Notes under the pieces: model-generated | Databases searched by the model: none | What the model was told of the DNA's origin: nothing | What the model saw: the letters and a program-made list of their open reading frames with translations, nothing else | Position numbers and translations under genes: made by a program | Part shown: piece by piece, positions 29,329 to 39,133 of the stretch | Layout: the number at the start of each line of letters is the position of its first letter | Numbering within the stretch: position 1 is the first letter of the stretch | DNA from: Candidatus Latescibacterota bacterium | Lineage (GTDB): Bacteria > Latescibacterota > UBA2968 | Reading direction: 5' to 3' | DNA length: 64,000 bases | Assembly: GCA_965204745.1 (NCBI GenBank) | Contig: OZ242010.1 | Coordinates: 480,001-544,000 of the forward strand

Positions 29329-30136
29329 TTGGGATGTCCAATGAAGTCATGAACTGTATCCTTACGCGCTTCTACTTCTTTCTGCTTCGCCACCCGGTAA
29401 AACCACCACAGCCCAAGCGTAGCCAATATTACGCCACATAGATTGAGGACTACAACATTTTCCCAAAAATTTGGTACTTCAAAAAATAAAAATGTTACTT
29501 CCAAAAAATTGTTCAGCATGTGCCCCAAAATTGCAGGCCACAAAGATCCCGTTTGGATGACCCACCAGGCAAAGACAATTCCAAATATAAAGGCGACTGG
29601 AAATTGCCATGGATTCAGATGCATTAGACCAAACAGAATGGCCGACCAAACAATCGCCCGATTTTGTGTGTAGTGTGCCGATAGACCTCTCAAGATAATG
29701 CCTCTACAAAGTACCTCTTCAACAAAAGGTCCTATCAGGACGAAAAAAAAAATAAGGATAACAGATCAGATATCTTATTGGAGTCAACTAAGGCATCATA
29801 GGCACGCTGAAATTTTTCAGGTAATGGAATCACATGTTCCACCATTGCGGCTATTTGAAAATTAATGAGCCATAGCCCAAAGATAGATAAACCAACGGAA
29901 AACCATATACGCCAATCCTGGTCTATGTTTAGCAATATATCTTTCCAAGTTCGATTCGTCCGATGCGAAACATAGCACAAAATCAAAATGAGCCCTGTCA
30001 ACATCAAAAGGCCCCTCAGGTAATTATTCTTCATTAACGACTTGTCAATATTACTCGTCAGTATCCCCAAACCTATTGTAATAAGAAGCCATAATATCAG
30101 CAACCAAATTGACTGCTTCAAGTTTGGATACGTCAT
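29325..30136 (-). pseudogene. CPBP/Abi (CAAX protease) intramembrane metalloprotease, frameshifted at a T10 run
   Basis: 5' ORF 29735-30136; the shifted frame carries PFVEEVLCRG, FGLMH and GHMLNN; A10 at 29743-29752 on the plus strand. Confidence 0.85.
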
Positions 30137-30185
30137 TTTAATCTCCCTAACATTTACTGTGATGCGTTTTTTGTTTTATTTTGCT

Positions 30186-30230
30186 TTTTTGGGATAGGAG
30201 CGAACATTCTAAAATGCCCCTATCCCAAAA
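30186..30230 (-). terminator. Hairpin after precursor D; a similar copy lies at ~28066-28110
   Basis: ttttgggataggagc...gcccctatcccaaaa. Confidence 0.55.
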
Positions 30231-30258
30231 TCAAAAGGTAGCTTATTACTGCTTACTC

Positions 30259-30513
30259 CTAATCGTCGCAGCAACAGCAACAGCAACAACTCGGTTCTTC
30301 TTCTTCTTCTAGGACCTCTGAAACAAATTCATAAACCTCGTACGCGATCCACAAGAGAAGTCCGATCCTCCCTTTTGGCTTCGGCTTCTTCCCACCATAC
30401 GTTTCTGCCATGTGGCGACTTTCGAGCATTTCCTCTTGCGGTTGCAACGGATTGCAGGCGACAAACACTTGATCTGTATCTGTCGTCATTCGGTTTGCCA
30501 ATGTTTGAGTCAT
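30259..30513 (-). CDS. Double-glycine-type precursor peptide D with a hepta-cysteine tail (84 aa)
   Basis: GGAGG RBS; leader ends EMLESRHMAETYGG; core KKPKPKGRIGLLLWIAYEVYEFVSEVLEEEEEPSCCCCCCCDD. Confidence 0.8.
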   Translation of the reverse strand: MTQTLANRMTTDTDQVFVACNPLQPQEEMLESRHMAETYGGKKPKPKGRIGLLLWIAYEVYEFVSEVLEEEEEPSCCCCCCCDD

Positions 30514-30729
30514 GGTATCCTCCAAAAAAGTAAATGAATGGAAACTTACAGCAAGAAAATTGTTTGCCCCTGAATACCCTCTTCGTGAGGGCCTTATTCA
30601 GGGATGAGTTGTGAAATGTCAGGTATGGCCCCAACATCTAAGAAATGTGAGAATTGTGCAGAATAGCCAACACGTCTTCCCACCGCGAACTCACCGCAGT
30701 AGCGGTTTCTGATTGACCTCGGTTTTGAA

Positions 30730-30954
30730 CTACATTGACCAAGGGTGAACATCTACAACTACATCTGGCAGTGGTGGCAAGTCGATACCAAATTCCTCAC
30801 TGATTAGATCAGCGAGTCTATCATAGAGATAAGGCCAGACACATCCCCCAGAGACCAGAGCGGTTTGATGCGCGTTCAGGTCAGTCGTTTTCATCGGCAG
30901 GTTGATCGCAACTGGGGCCGATTGCCCAGGGGTTGATACGATTCGTCTCGTCAT
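30730..30954 (-). CDS. Double-glycine-type precursor peptide C (74 aa)
   Basis: AAGGAGGTG RBS; leader ends TTDLNAHQTALVSGG; core CVWPYLYDRLADLISEEFGIDLPPLPDVVVDVHPWSM. Confidence 0.85.
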   Translation of the reverse strand: MTRRIVSTPGQSAPVAINLPMKTTDLNAHQTALVSGGCVWPYLYDRLADLISEEFGIDLPPLPDVVVDVHPWSM

Positions 30955-31010
30955 ATTTATCACCTCCTTTCTTTTGCAACTCAGCGCGGGTAGCGTCCCT
31001 TGTGCGTTGA

Positions 31011-32414
31011 TCAGGGGGCCATGAGCATCTCGCTGAGGTGGCGGATTTTGCGAAGCGTTTTGTGGGCTGTGGCTTTCGTATCGCACAGGCCCATCATGAT
31101 GGCTTCGACTTCGTTTGGATGCAGGTATTGCAACAAGTGGAGGCCCAAGCCTTCGAGCAGGGCCATGTCTTGTCCCAAAAATGGGATGCGCGGCAATGGG
31201 CCTTGCTTGCTGCCCAGATGGTTAAAGCCCTTGGCCACGCTTTTCAGCTTGCTGGCCGAGTCGCAGCTTTGGGCAAAGCTGACGGTAATTGGAATGGGGC
31301 ATGCGGGGGCGTCTCGTTTGACCCGCAGATTTTCAAACAGGGCGATGAGTTGCTTTGCCGTGCGATCCCATGAAAACGCGGTTGCGCGTTGACGCGCCTT
31401 CTCGCCTAGTGCCACGCGCTCGGTCTTGATCTTCAACAGATCGCGCACCGCATCCGAAATCGCTTCGGGGGCGATGTACCCCGTCATATTCAGGGGCTCG
31501 TCTTCAAATCGCTCGATCTCGATCAACCGCCCGCAATCCCCGAGCAACTCGGGCGCGCCCGCAAAATTGGTCGCCACGACCGGCAACCCACACGCCATGC
31601 CCTCCAGCACGGTTGAGGGACACGATTCATAGGAATACACGGACAGGGCGCACAGCACATCGAGCATGTTGTAATACAGCGGCATCTGCGGATAGGGTTG
31701 CGCGCCGAGGAAGACCACATTGGGGGGATGTGTCACAGACGCGAACTGCTTGCCGATTACCGCGAACAACACATTGGGATTCAGATCTGCCATCCGCAAA
31801 AACGGATACGCGCCCTTGCCCGGTTCAAACCGCCCGCAAAAGCCCACCACGGGCATTTCCAAAAAGCGTTGATCGCCCGTCTTATCCGCGATCTCTTTTC
31901 GCGCTTGCAACTTGTCTGTCGGCGCGAACACCTCGGCATCGATCCCATTGGTTATGGGGTGCAAATACGACGGGTCATACACCAATTCGCCCAGTTCTTC
32001 GGCGACATAAGCCGACTTGGGAGACAGCGCGTCCCAAGGCCGCAACAGGGAATAACAATTTAGAACTTTGTCCACGAAATCGCGGTTGCGTCCAAACGAA
32101 CACGACAGCCGAATCACGATGGGCGCGGGACACACATGCCGGAAAAACGCGAGATCATCTGCTTTGGGTTCAAACATCGCGACACCGTCAAAATTCTGCC
32201 GCGCAAACCATTGCCGAGCCGACTCAATCGTCTCGAATGCCTGGCGGATCCCATGCAAATTCGGGCCGTAATCCATGGCCTCAGACGCTGGCACATACAC
32301 CTCGCAACAGCGCGACAACGCCTCGATGTGGTTGTATCCCGAAAGGGACGCGCCACTGTTTGATTGCACGACTTTCTCTGGGTCGTGATACGGATGGGGG
32401 ACGTAGATCTTCAT
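31011..32414 (-). CDS. GT4-family glycosyltransferase with a C-terminal extension
   Basis: GFCGRFEPGKG, ESCPSTVLEGMACGLPVVAT (EX7E), FSWDRTA. Confidence 0.9.
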   Translation of the reverse strand: MKIYVPHPYHDPEKVVQSNSGASLSGYNHIEALSRCCEVYVPASEAMDYGPNLHGIRQAFETIESARQWFARQNFDGVAMFEPKADDLAFFRHVCPAPIVIRLSCSFGRNRDFVDKVLNCYSLLRPWDALSPKSAYVAEELGELVYDPSYLHPITNGIDAEVFAPTDKLQARKEIADKTGDQRFLEMPVVGFCGRFEPGKGAYPFLRMADLNPNVLFAVIGKQFASVTHPPNVVFLGAQPYPQMPLYYNMLDVLCALSVYSYESCPSTVLEGMACGLPVVATNFAGAPELLGDCGRLIEIERFEDEPLNMTGYIAPEAISDAVRDLLKIKTERVALGEKARQRATAFSWDRTAKQLIALFENLRVKRDAPACPIPITVSFAQSCDSASKLKSVAKGFNHLGSKQGPLPRIPFLGQDMALLEGLGLHLLQYLHPNEVEAIMMGLCDTKATAHKTLRKIRHLSEMLMAP

Positions 32415-32449
32415 TGTGAACCTCAGGGGAGTAATGGGGGATCAAAGTG

Positions 32450-34960
32450 TCAGTTGCGGATCGCCGATTCCATAAATATTCGCGTTTGCGCCGCGCCATC
32501 GAGGGCGAGCGGGTGGTTGGGCACCGTGCGGTTGAGCGCGTCTCGAATGGCGGTTGCCATCCCGGTTGCAGACAGGTGATCTGGGTGGATCACCTGCGCG
32601 AGGCCCAAATCCATCAACCGCCGGGCGCGAAATTCCTGATCGTCCATCGCAATGCTCGGCACGAAAATGGCCGGGGGTTGCGTCTCGAGCACGTTCATAC
32701 ACGTATTGTAGCCCGCGCGGCTGATCGACAAATCCGCATGGTTCATCCAAGGCAAAAAGTGGGACGTGAAGCGTTCCAAGCGAAACGGCCCGTCCGCGCA
32801 CGAGTCGCGCAGGGCGTCAAAATGCGCGTCTTCGATAAACGCGCCAGCAAAAATCACCATCTCGCGGCCGTCGAGCGCGCCTTCTTTGTCCAACCGTTTC
32901 CACGCTTCAATGCACGGCGCCGCGAGCGCAATGCCCTCGGCTCCGCCGCCCGCGCTGACCAAAACGTACCGGTCAGGGGCGCGCTCGGGCCGCGAATCGC
33001 CTTCTAGCTTTTCGGAAACGAATCCCGTATAGACCACGGGAATGCCGATGTCCTCTACCCATGGAAAGTGATCTTCCAAGCGCGACAACTGCGGGTCGCC
33101 GTGGACCAACACCGCGTCAAAATACAGATTCAAGATCGGCACGACCTCTTCGTAATAACGCCGATTAAAAGACAGGTGCTCGTGATGGATTCCGCCAAAG
33201 GGCACGGAGTAAAACCGCACGGCATCGCCATCGCGGCGCGGCGCAAACTCGGTGGCCGGCTGCAACCCATCGCCCTTTGCCCGCGTGGGAATATCGCGCA
33301 GGGAACACACCACTTGCGCGCTCGGATCGAGCTGGTTGCACTTGGCGATGGTATTGAGAATTTCGCTTTTGAGGGACCAGCGGCTAAAGGGGAAGAACTC
33401 GACGCACAACACGTCTGGGCGAATGCGTTCCATCGCCTCAAAAAGCCCGATCTGCCGCTCGTACATCGCGGCCTGCAAATCCCCTCGGCCATCCGCCGGC
33501 TCGAGGCCGTGCGCGCCTGCACGGAGCGCGCGCAAGGGAATGCGCGCAATGCGTTCATCGAGGTCCACACCAGGAACCGGGCGCCCGCCGTCGATGAAAT
33601 ACACATCGCAGGTTTTGACCAGTTCATCGACGATTTGCCGGTTGCGGAAGTGATGCCCCACGCCGATGAGGTGTTGGCTGTAAAACGCGATGCGTTTGCG
33701 CGGCGGTTCGACAGGCGCGGTGGATTTTTGCGGCGGCCGCGCCGAAAGCGCGGTTTCGTAGATCCCGCGGTAGCGCGCCACGACGCGCGTCCAGGCGCGC
33801 TCTGCGTGAACCCATTGGCGCGCCTGTTGCCCCAGGCGCGCTCGCAGTGCGGGTTGTGCGATGAGTTCCGCGCAGGTCCGCGTGAGACTTTTGACATCGT
33901 CGGCCACAAAAACGCGCCCGGTTTCGCCATCTGCCACGCCTTCTTTGAGTGCGCCCACGTCGCTGACAATAACGGCTTTTTGCATCGCCATGGCTTCGTA
34001 GGGCTTCATCGGCGCGACCAGTTCGGTCACGCGACTGCGCGTGCGCGGAATGACAAACACATCGATCAATGTGTAATACGCCGCGACTTCGGCGTGGGGG
34101 ATTTGTCCGGTAAAGATCGCGGCGTCTTGGAGGCCGCACGCCTGGGCTTCGCGCTGCAAGTTCGGCAAGTCCCTGCCGCCGCCCACGATCAGCACTTTGA
34201 GGTTGGGGTGTCGCCCCTTGAGTCGTTCGCATGAGCGCAACAGGAGATGCAAGCCTTCGAGGGAGCGCACGAGGCCCACATAGCCGAGGACGACATCGGT
34301 CGGTTCGATGCCCAAGCGCGCGCCGAGGTCATGCGCGCGGGGTTGCGGCGCGGCGAACTCGGCGACGCCGTTGGGCACCACGCCGATTTTGTGTTCGTCA
34401 ATGCCCTCGCGGACACATTCGGCTTTGAGGACTTCGGACAATGTCACCACCGCGTCGGCGCGTTGCATGGCTTGGACGTGCTGCGCGTGTTGCGCCTGAT
34501 ACGCTTCTGAATCGGGCGACAGCATGCCTTGCGCGACGCCGCTGTCGTGCCACAAGCCCCGCACTTCGTACACGACGGGCAGGCCGTAGTGATGGCCCAT
34601 GTCGATGGCGATTTGCGCGTTTCGGCCCGGCGACGCCGCGTGCAACAGGTCGGGTTTTTCCGTTTCGATGGCCCGCGCAACGCGCTTGCAAAATTGACGC
34701 GCCTGCCCCTCACCATAGATTTGGGGAATCGCGGGTTCGCCCAGTCGCTGTGCCATCCGCGCCATGTGTTCTTCGGTGGTATTTCGCAAGTAGGGCACGC
34801 CGTCGATATAGTCATGCCCAGCTGCGGGCGCGCCCCATCGGGTGAGCACGACCGGGTCAAAGCCAAGTGCTTTTTGCGCGTTGACGATGTACTGACTCCG
34901 CAGACTGTAGCCGCTTTGGCGGTGTGGCAACGAAATATCCAAGATGTGTAGTATTTTCAT
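32450..34960 (-). CDS. Two-domain glycosyltransferase fusion (GT4 + GT1/GT28-like)
   Basis: N-terminal KILHILDISLP..SGY, YEVRGLW, PMKPYEAMAM; C-terminal YSQHLIGVGH, VSAGGG, SRAGYNT, DQEFRA. Confidence 0.9.
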   Translation of the reverse strand: MKILHILDISLPHRQSGYSLRSQYIVNAQKALGFDPVVLTRWGAPAAGHDYIDGVPYLRNTTEEHMARMAQRLGEPAIPQIYGEGQARQFCKRVARAIETEKPDLLHAASPGRNAQIAIDMGHHYGLPVVYEVRGLWHDSGVAQGMLSPDSEAYQAQHAQHVQAMQRADAVVTLSEVLKAECVREGIDEHKIGVVPNGVAEFAAPQPRAHDLGARLGIEPTDVVLGYVGLVRSLEGLHLLLRSCERLKGRHPNLKVLIVGGGRDLPNLQREAQACGLQDAAIFTGQIPHAEVAAYYTLIDVFVIPRTRSRVTELVAPMKPYEAMAMQKAVIVSDVGALKEGVADGETGRVFVADDVKSLTRTCAELIAQPALRARLGQQARQWVHAERAWTRVVARYRGIYETALSARPPQKSTAPVEPPRKRIAFYSQHLIGVGHHFRNRQIVDELVKTCDVYFIDGGRPVPGVDLDERIARIPLRALRAGAHGLEPADGRGDLQAAMYERQIGLFEAMERIRPDVLCVEFFPFSRWSLKSEILNTIAKCNQLDPSAQVVCSLRDIPTRAKGDGLQPATEFAPRRDGDAVRFYSVPFGGIHHEHLSFNRRYYEEVVPILNLYFDAVLVHGDPQLSRLEDHFPWVEDIGIPVVYTGFVSEKLEGDSRPERAPDRYVLVSAGGGAEGIALAAPCIEAWKRLDKEGALDGREMVIFAGAFIEDAHFDALRDSCADGPFRLERFTSHFLPWMNHADLSISRAGYNTCMNVLETQPPAIFVPSIAMDDQEFRARRLMDLGLAQVIHPDHLSATGMATAIRDALNRTVPNHPLALDGAAQTRIFMESAIRN

Positions 34961-35038
34961 CGCGCTATCTCTGCGTTGACCTGCGTTATCGCTGCGTTCA
35001 CTGCGTCGGGAAGTTTCTGTGCTTGCGCGCAATAGACT

Positions 35039-35054
35039 TGCAATTGCCATGCCA
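35039..35054 (-). promoter_or_regulatory. Sigma54 (-24/-12) promoter
   Basis: Minus strand TGGCATG-GCAA-TTGCA versus consensus TGGCACG-N4-TTGC, ~80 nt upstream of the GT fusion ATG. Confidence 0.8.
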
Positions 35055-35290
35055 CTTTTGCACAACCGCAAAAAAAAACGCCTCAGAATGTTCTAAGGCG
35101 CGAGAAAACAAGGAGATAGGTGCGATACCCGCAACCACACGCTCGGCGCGTTGCACAACCGTACCGATCACTTTTTTCACCCCCGGCTATGGTGCTAACT
35201 CGTGAACGCGCTGTATCCGTCCGTAACACCGTGTAAAATCAATGGGTTGCGCGTGTGTGCAATTCGTTCTATCGCAATGCCCAAAAATGA

Positions 35291-35318
35291 AAACGCCGAC
35301 TGACAACCGTCGGCGTTT
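35291..35318 (-). terminator. Rho-independent terminator of the ABC operon
   Basis: aaacgccgac-tgacaacc-gtcggcgttt. Confidence 0.75.
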
Positions 35319-35335
35319 GCGAGTTGGCTTAATTT

Positions 35336-36022
35336 TTACGGTGGCGCGTCTCGTTCGATGCGGCCGTCTCGGAGGCGCACGACGCGCAGGGTGCGGCGGG
35401 CCACGTCTTCCTCGTGCGTGACGACCAAAACCGTTTGCCCCTGCTGGTGGAGGTGGTCAAAAATGGTCAAAATTTCGTCGCCTGTTCGCGTATCCAAATT
35501 GCCGGTGGGTTCATCGGCTAGCAGAATGGCCGGCGCGTTCACCAATGCGCGGGCGATGGCGACGCGCTGGCGTTGACCGCCGGACAACTCGTTTGGTCGA
35601 TGGGTCATGCGGTCGGCTAGGCCCACGCGATCTAGCGTGGCTTTGGCCCGTTCCCTGCGCTGGCGTCTGGACATGCCCGTGTAAATCAGCGGCAGTTCCA
35701 CGTTTTGCAAGGCGGTTGCGCGGCTGAGCAAGTTGAAGGTCTGAAACACAAATCCGATTTTGCGGTTTCGCACCTCCGCGAGGGCATCCCCTTTCATCGC
35801 GCTGACCGCTTCCCCGTCCAAAACGTATTGCCCGGCCGAGGGCGTGTCCAAACAGCCGAGGATATTGAGCAAGGTCGATTTGCCGGATCCAGAGGGACCC
35901 ATAATCGCTAGGTACTCGTTTTGAACGACCCGAAAGGAAATATCCCGCAGCGCGTAAACGGTTTCCGCGCCCATCTGATAGGTTTTTCGCACCGCATCAA
36001 TTTGGATCTGCGCCTTATTCAT
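35336..36022 (-). CDS. ABC transporter ATP-binding protein (MacB/LolD type)
   Basis: [27 protein letters not shown]. Confidence 0.95.
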   Translation of the reverse strand: MNKAQIQIDAVRKTYQMGAETVYALRDISFRVVQNEYLAIMGPSGSGKSTLLNILGCLDTPSAGQYVLDGEAVSAMKGDALAEVRNRKIGFVFQTFNLLSRATALQNVELPLIYTGMSRRQRRERAKATLDRVGLADRMTHRPNELSGGQRQRVAIARALVNAPAILLADEPTGNLDTRTGDEILTIFDHLHQQGQTVLVVTHEEDVARRTLRVVRLRDGRIERDAPP

Positions 36023-37241
36023 AGCGCAATGCCTCGACCGGATCCAATGCCGATGCGCGGGCCGCGGGATAAACCCCGAAAAACACGCCGATGCCGCCCG
36101 ATATCGCGACTGCCAACAGCACCGCGCTTCCGGAAACCACGCTGGGAAACTCGGCTTCGGAATAGTATTCAATCAAAGAGGAAATGCCAACCCCGAACCC
36201 GATCCCACACAAAATCCCGATCAAGCCGCCGAACAGGCTCAGCACGGCCGATTCGATGATAAACTGAACGAGGATATGCACGCGCTTGGCCCCTACGGCC
36301 TTGCGAATGCCGATTTCGCGCGTGCGTTCCGTCACCGACACGAGCATGATATTCATAATGCCGATGCCCCCCACCATCAGGGAAATGCCCGCGATGCCCC
36401 CGCCCACGAGTTTCATGACCAGCGTGACGTTGTCCACATCCTCCAAAACGCGCTCTCCGGTGTCCACGCGAAAGGCATCCCCGCGTTTGTGCAATCGCTT
36501 CAGCACTTTTCTGATGTCCCGCGTGACGGATTTGACGTGGGCGGTATTTTCCACATAGAGAAAAATGACACTGTAATAATCGTTGCCCACCACGCGCTTT
36601 TGCAAGGTGGTCACGGGCACGACGATCTGGTTGCCCCAATCGCGGCCAAAAAATGACCGGGGTTTCATCACCCCGATGACCGTATAGCGTTCGCCATTGA
36701 GTTTCACTTCTCGGCCGACTGGATCGAGGGCGCCAAAAAGGTCTTCGGCGATTTTGTCGCCAACCACGCACACGCGCCGCCAGGTTTTCACGTCCCAATT
36801 CGACAAAAACCGCCCGCGCGCCAGTTCCCAATCCATCGCTTGGTGATAGCCCGGCAAGGTGCCTTGCACTTCGCCGGTTGCAGAGGCTTTTTGATAGCGC
36901 GCCTGCGCGTTCCATCCCACTAGGGGAAGGGCCGCGCGGAGGTGAGCCACTTCCGCCTCTATGGCCCTCAAATCCCGCGATGTCAGATATTCCCGCCACG
37001 AGCGCGGCACTCGCCGTCCGTTTTTGATCTGGTAGGTGCGCGGCGGCAACACGACCACCAAATTGGCGCCGCCTACTTGTGAAAACTGCGACACGAGGGA
37101 GTGCCGAAGGCCCTCGCCGATAGATACGACCCCGATCACAGAGCCGACCCCTATCGTAATCCCCAAGATGGTCAACAGGGATCGCAGGGCGTTTGCCCGC
37201 AACTGGGACAAGCCGATCAAAAACAGATCGAGCGCGTTCAT
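36015..37241 (-). CDS. ABC transporter permease (MacB/FtsX type)
   Basis: [48 protein letters not shown]. Confidence 0.95.
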   Translation of the reverse strand: MNALDLFLIGLSQLRANALRSLLTILGITIGVGSVIGVVSIGEGLRHSLVSQFSQVGGANLVVVLPPRTYQIKNGRRVPRSWREYLTSRDLRAIEAEVAHLRAALPLVGWNAQARYQKASATGEVQGTLPGYHQAMDWELARGRFLSNWDVKTWRRVCVVGDKIAEDLFGALDPVGREVKLNGERYTVIGVMKPRSFFGRDWGNQIVVPVTTLQKRVVGNDYYSVIFLYVENTAHVKSVTRDIRKVLKRLHKRGDAFRVDTGERVLEDVDNVTLVMKLVGGGIAGISLMVGGIGIMNIMLVSVTERTREIGIRKAVGAKRVHILVQFIIESAVLSLFGGLIGILCGIGFGVGISSLIEYYSEAEFPSVVSGSAVLLAVAISGGIGVFFGVYPAARASALDPVEALRYE

Positions 37242-38440
37242 TCGTCGCGTTCCTCTTCGCGCTTTTTGAACAGTTTTTCAGCATCGGCGGCAACCGAATC
37301 TTCCGTTGTCAGGCCGGCCAGGACTTCCACGCGGATATCCGATTTCAACCCCACCCGGATCTCGCGTTCGGCAAAGGTATCTCGTCGTGCAAAAACCACA
37401 AATCGCCCGCGCGTGCCCTTTTTGTCGCCTTCTCGCGCATCGGCTTCAAATTGTTCATACACGGCCTCGAGTGGCAAATAGAGCGCGGAATCGCGCCGGG
37501 CAAACACGATATCGACATCGCACGACATCCCCTGACGCAACCGCGGTTCCCGATCCAAAATTCGGATTTCGGTTTCAAACGCGACGATGTTACTCCCCTG
37601 CCGAATTTGCCCCACGGGTGCGATGCGATACACCTCGCCGCGATACGTCGTATCTGGATACGCATCTACGATAATGCGAACGGCTTGCCCCGGCGAGAGC
37701 CTCCCCACATCGACTTCGCTGATGTGGGATTTGACCATCATCAGACTCGGGTCCCCAATCTCAAACAATTTGGTGCCCGTCACGGTGGAAAGAATGCCCG
37801 AAACCACCACCTCGCCGATTTCCACGGGGCGCGCAATGACGATGCCAGACGCGGGCGCCAACACGCGCACATTGTCCAATTGCGCCTTGGACGAGTGCCC
37901 TTTTGATTGCTGAATATTCGACCGCGTCTCCAGCGTCTCCAGTTCGAGGCGCGCCAGTTGGTACGCGTTTTGTGTCTTTTCGAGTTGATCGCGGATGCGC
38001 TCGATTTCCTCTTCGGCGATCAAGTTCTGCTTTTTCAGGGCTTCTTTGCGCGCCAAGTCCTTGCGGACCTGCTCGAGGTCGATCCGCACCCGCTCGACCG
38101 CTGCGCGTTTGTTGTAGAGTTGCAAGGTCTGATTGGGATCCGGGCGAATGATCGCCAGCATGTCGCCTGCGGCCACGGCCTGGCCCGGTTCGGCAAACAA
38201 ATGCACTATTTCGCCCGATACCGTGGATTTGACCTCGACGGTACGCACAAATTCGATGCGCCCGGTCTCCTTGAGTTGTTCCACAACAGCCCCGCGACGC
38301 ACGGGCACGGTCTCGATGTCTCGCGTTGGGCTTTTCGTTTTGTTTTGCTTTTGCAAATTGAACGCGATCATGCCAGCCACCGCGGCCAGCCCGATTGCGC
38401 CGATGATCAATTTGCGCGTTTTAGACCAAGACGCCGCCAC
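37238..38440 (-). CDS. MacA-like periplasmic adaptor
   Basis: N-terminal anchor, lipoyl/hairpin architecture, ISEVDV, GMSCDV. Confidence 0.9.
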   Translation of the reverse strand: MAASWSKTRKLIIGAIGLAAVAGMIAFNLQKQNKTKSPTRDIETVPVRRGAVVEQLKETGRIEFVRTVEVKSTVSGEIVHLFAEPGQAVAAGDMLAIIRPDPNQTLQLYNKRAAVERVRIDLEQVRKDLARKEALKKQNLIAEEEIERIRDQLEKTQNAYQLARLELETLETRSNIQQSKGHSSKAQLDNVRVLAPASGIVIARPVEIGEVVVSGILSTVTGTKLFEIGDPSLMMVKSHISEVDVGRLSPGQAVRIIVDAYPDTTYRGEVYRIAPVGQIRQGSNIVAFETEIRILDREPRLRQGMSCDVDIVFARRDSALYLPLEAVYEQFEADAREGDKKGTRGRFVVFARRDTFAEREIRVGLKSDIRVEVLAGLTTEDSVAADAEKLFKKREEERDE

Positions 38441-39133
38441 TTATCCTCCAAGCCCTTTCGACCACCCTTGCAATGCAGCCGCACCCAGCGCGTACAGGAC
38501 GAACAAGACAAAGACGCCGATAGCCGCCTTTTTGGTGGAAATGCCCGAGACAATCCCCAGTCCAATGGCAGTCAAAGCACATTGCCAGACAGAAAAAACG
38601 CTCAGCGTATTCAAAAAGGATGCGAGAAAACTCTCGGCCATCGAATCGGGCAACAACAACCCCAATCCGACTTGCACCTCCATGGATTCTTTTGCAATCA
38701 TCAAAGGAATTGTCACAATCGCGCTCGGAATGTTCACCAGCAAACCATAACTGCTCACTGCCAGCACATGTCTGTACGTCGTTTCGCCGCCCAGCACGAG
38801 CCGCGCAAGCCCCAGCAATATCGCAGCGAGCACAAACAGCATAATAGCAACGCCAAACGTCGCGCCGATCACCGTCGACACCCTGCCAATGGCCTGTGCG
38901 TGCTCGCCAGCATCTTTGAGTGCCGCATTCATCTCCTCATCCATGAGCGGCGTGAGCATATACATGCCCACGCCGCTCACAATCATCACCAAAATGAGGG
39001 GCACCAACCAATCTGCGACACTGACGCGCGCCCGCACGGCCTCAAATGTCGCGCCCGGGGAAACGAACACGCCCACCATGCGTTTGACGAGCCCCATATC
39101 TTCTCCCTGCACAACTTCTGGCGAATCTGCCAT
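38441..39133 (-). CDS. Yip1-family membrane protein
   Basis: GVFVSPGATF start, several TMs, upstream of macAB-like genes. Confidence 0.8.
   Translation of the reverse strand: MADSPEVVQGEDMGLVKRMVGVFVSPGATFEAVRARVSVADWLVPLILVMIVSGVGMYMLTPLMDEEMNAALKDAGEHAQAIGRVSTVIGATFGVAIMLFVLAAILLGLARLVLGGETTYRHVLAVSSYGLLVNIPSAIVTIPLMIAKESMEVQVGLGLLLPDSMAESFLASFLNTLSVFSVWQCALTAIGLGIVSGISTKKAAIGVFVLFVLYALGAAALQGWSKGLGG

Noticed and set aside
30329-30637. Additional precursor ORF containing FFGG
   Set aside because: It overlaps precursor D in another frame, has no clear RBS and shows no leader similarity.
28219-30954. Precursor B/C pair as a diversity-generating retroelement TR/VR pair
   Set aside because: Mismatches are not confined to adenines (they include T/G and G/T differences plus an indel), and no reverse transcriptase is present in the window.
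14742-35330. Integrative island at tRNA-Thr
   Set aside because: The accessory content is suggestive, but I saw no integrase and no duplicated tRNA 3' end (attR).
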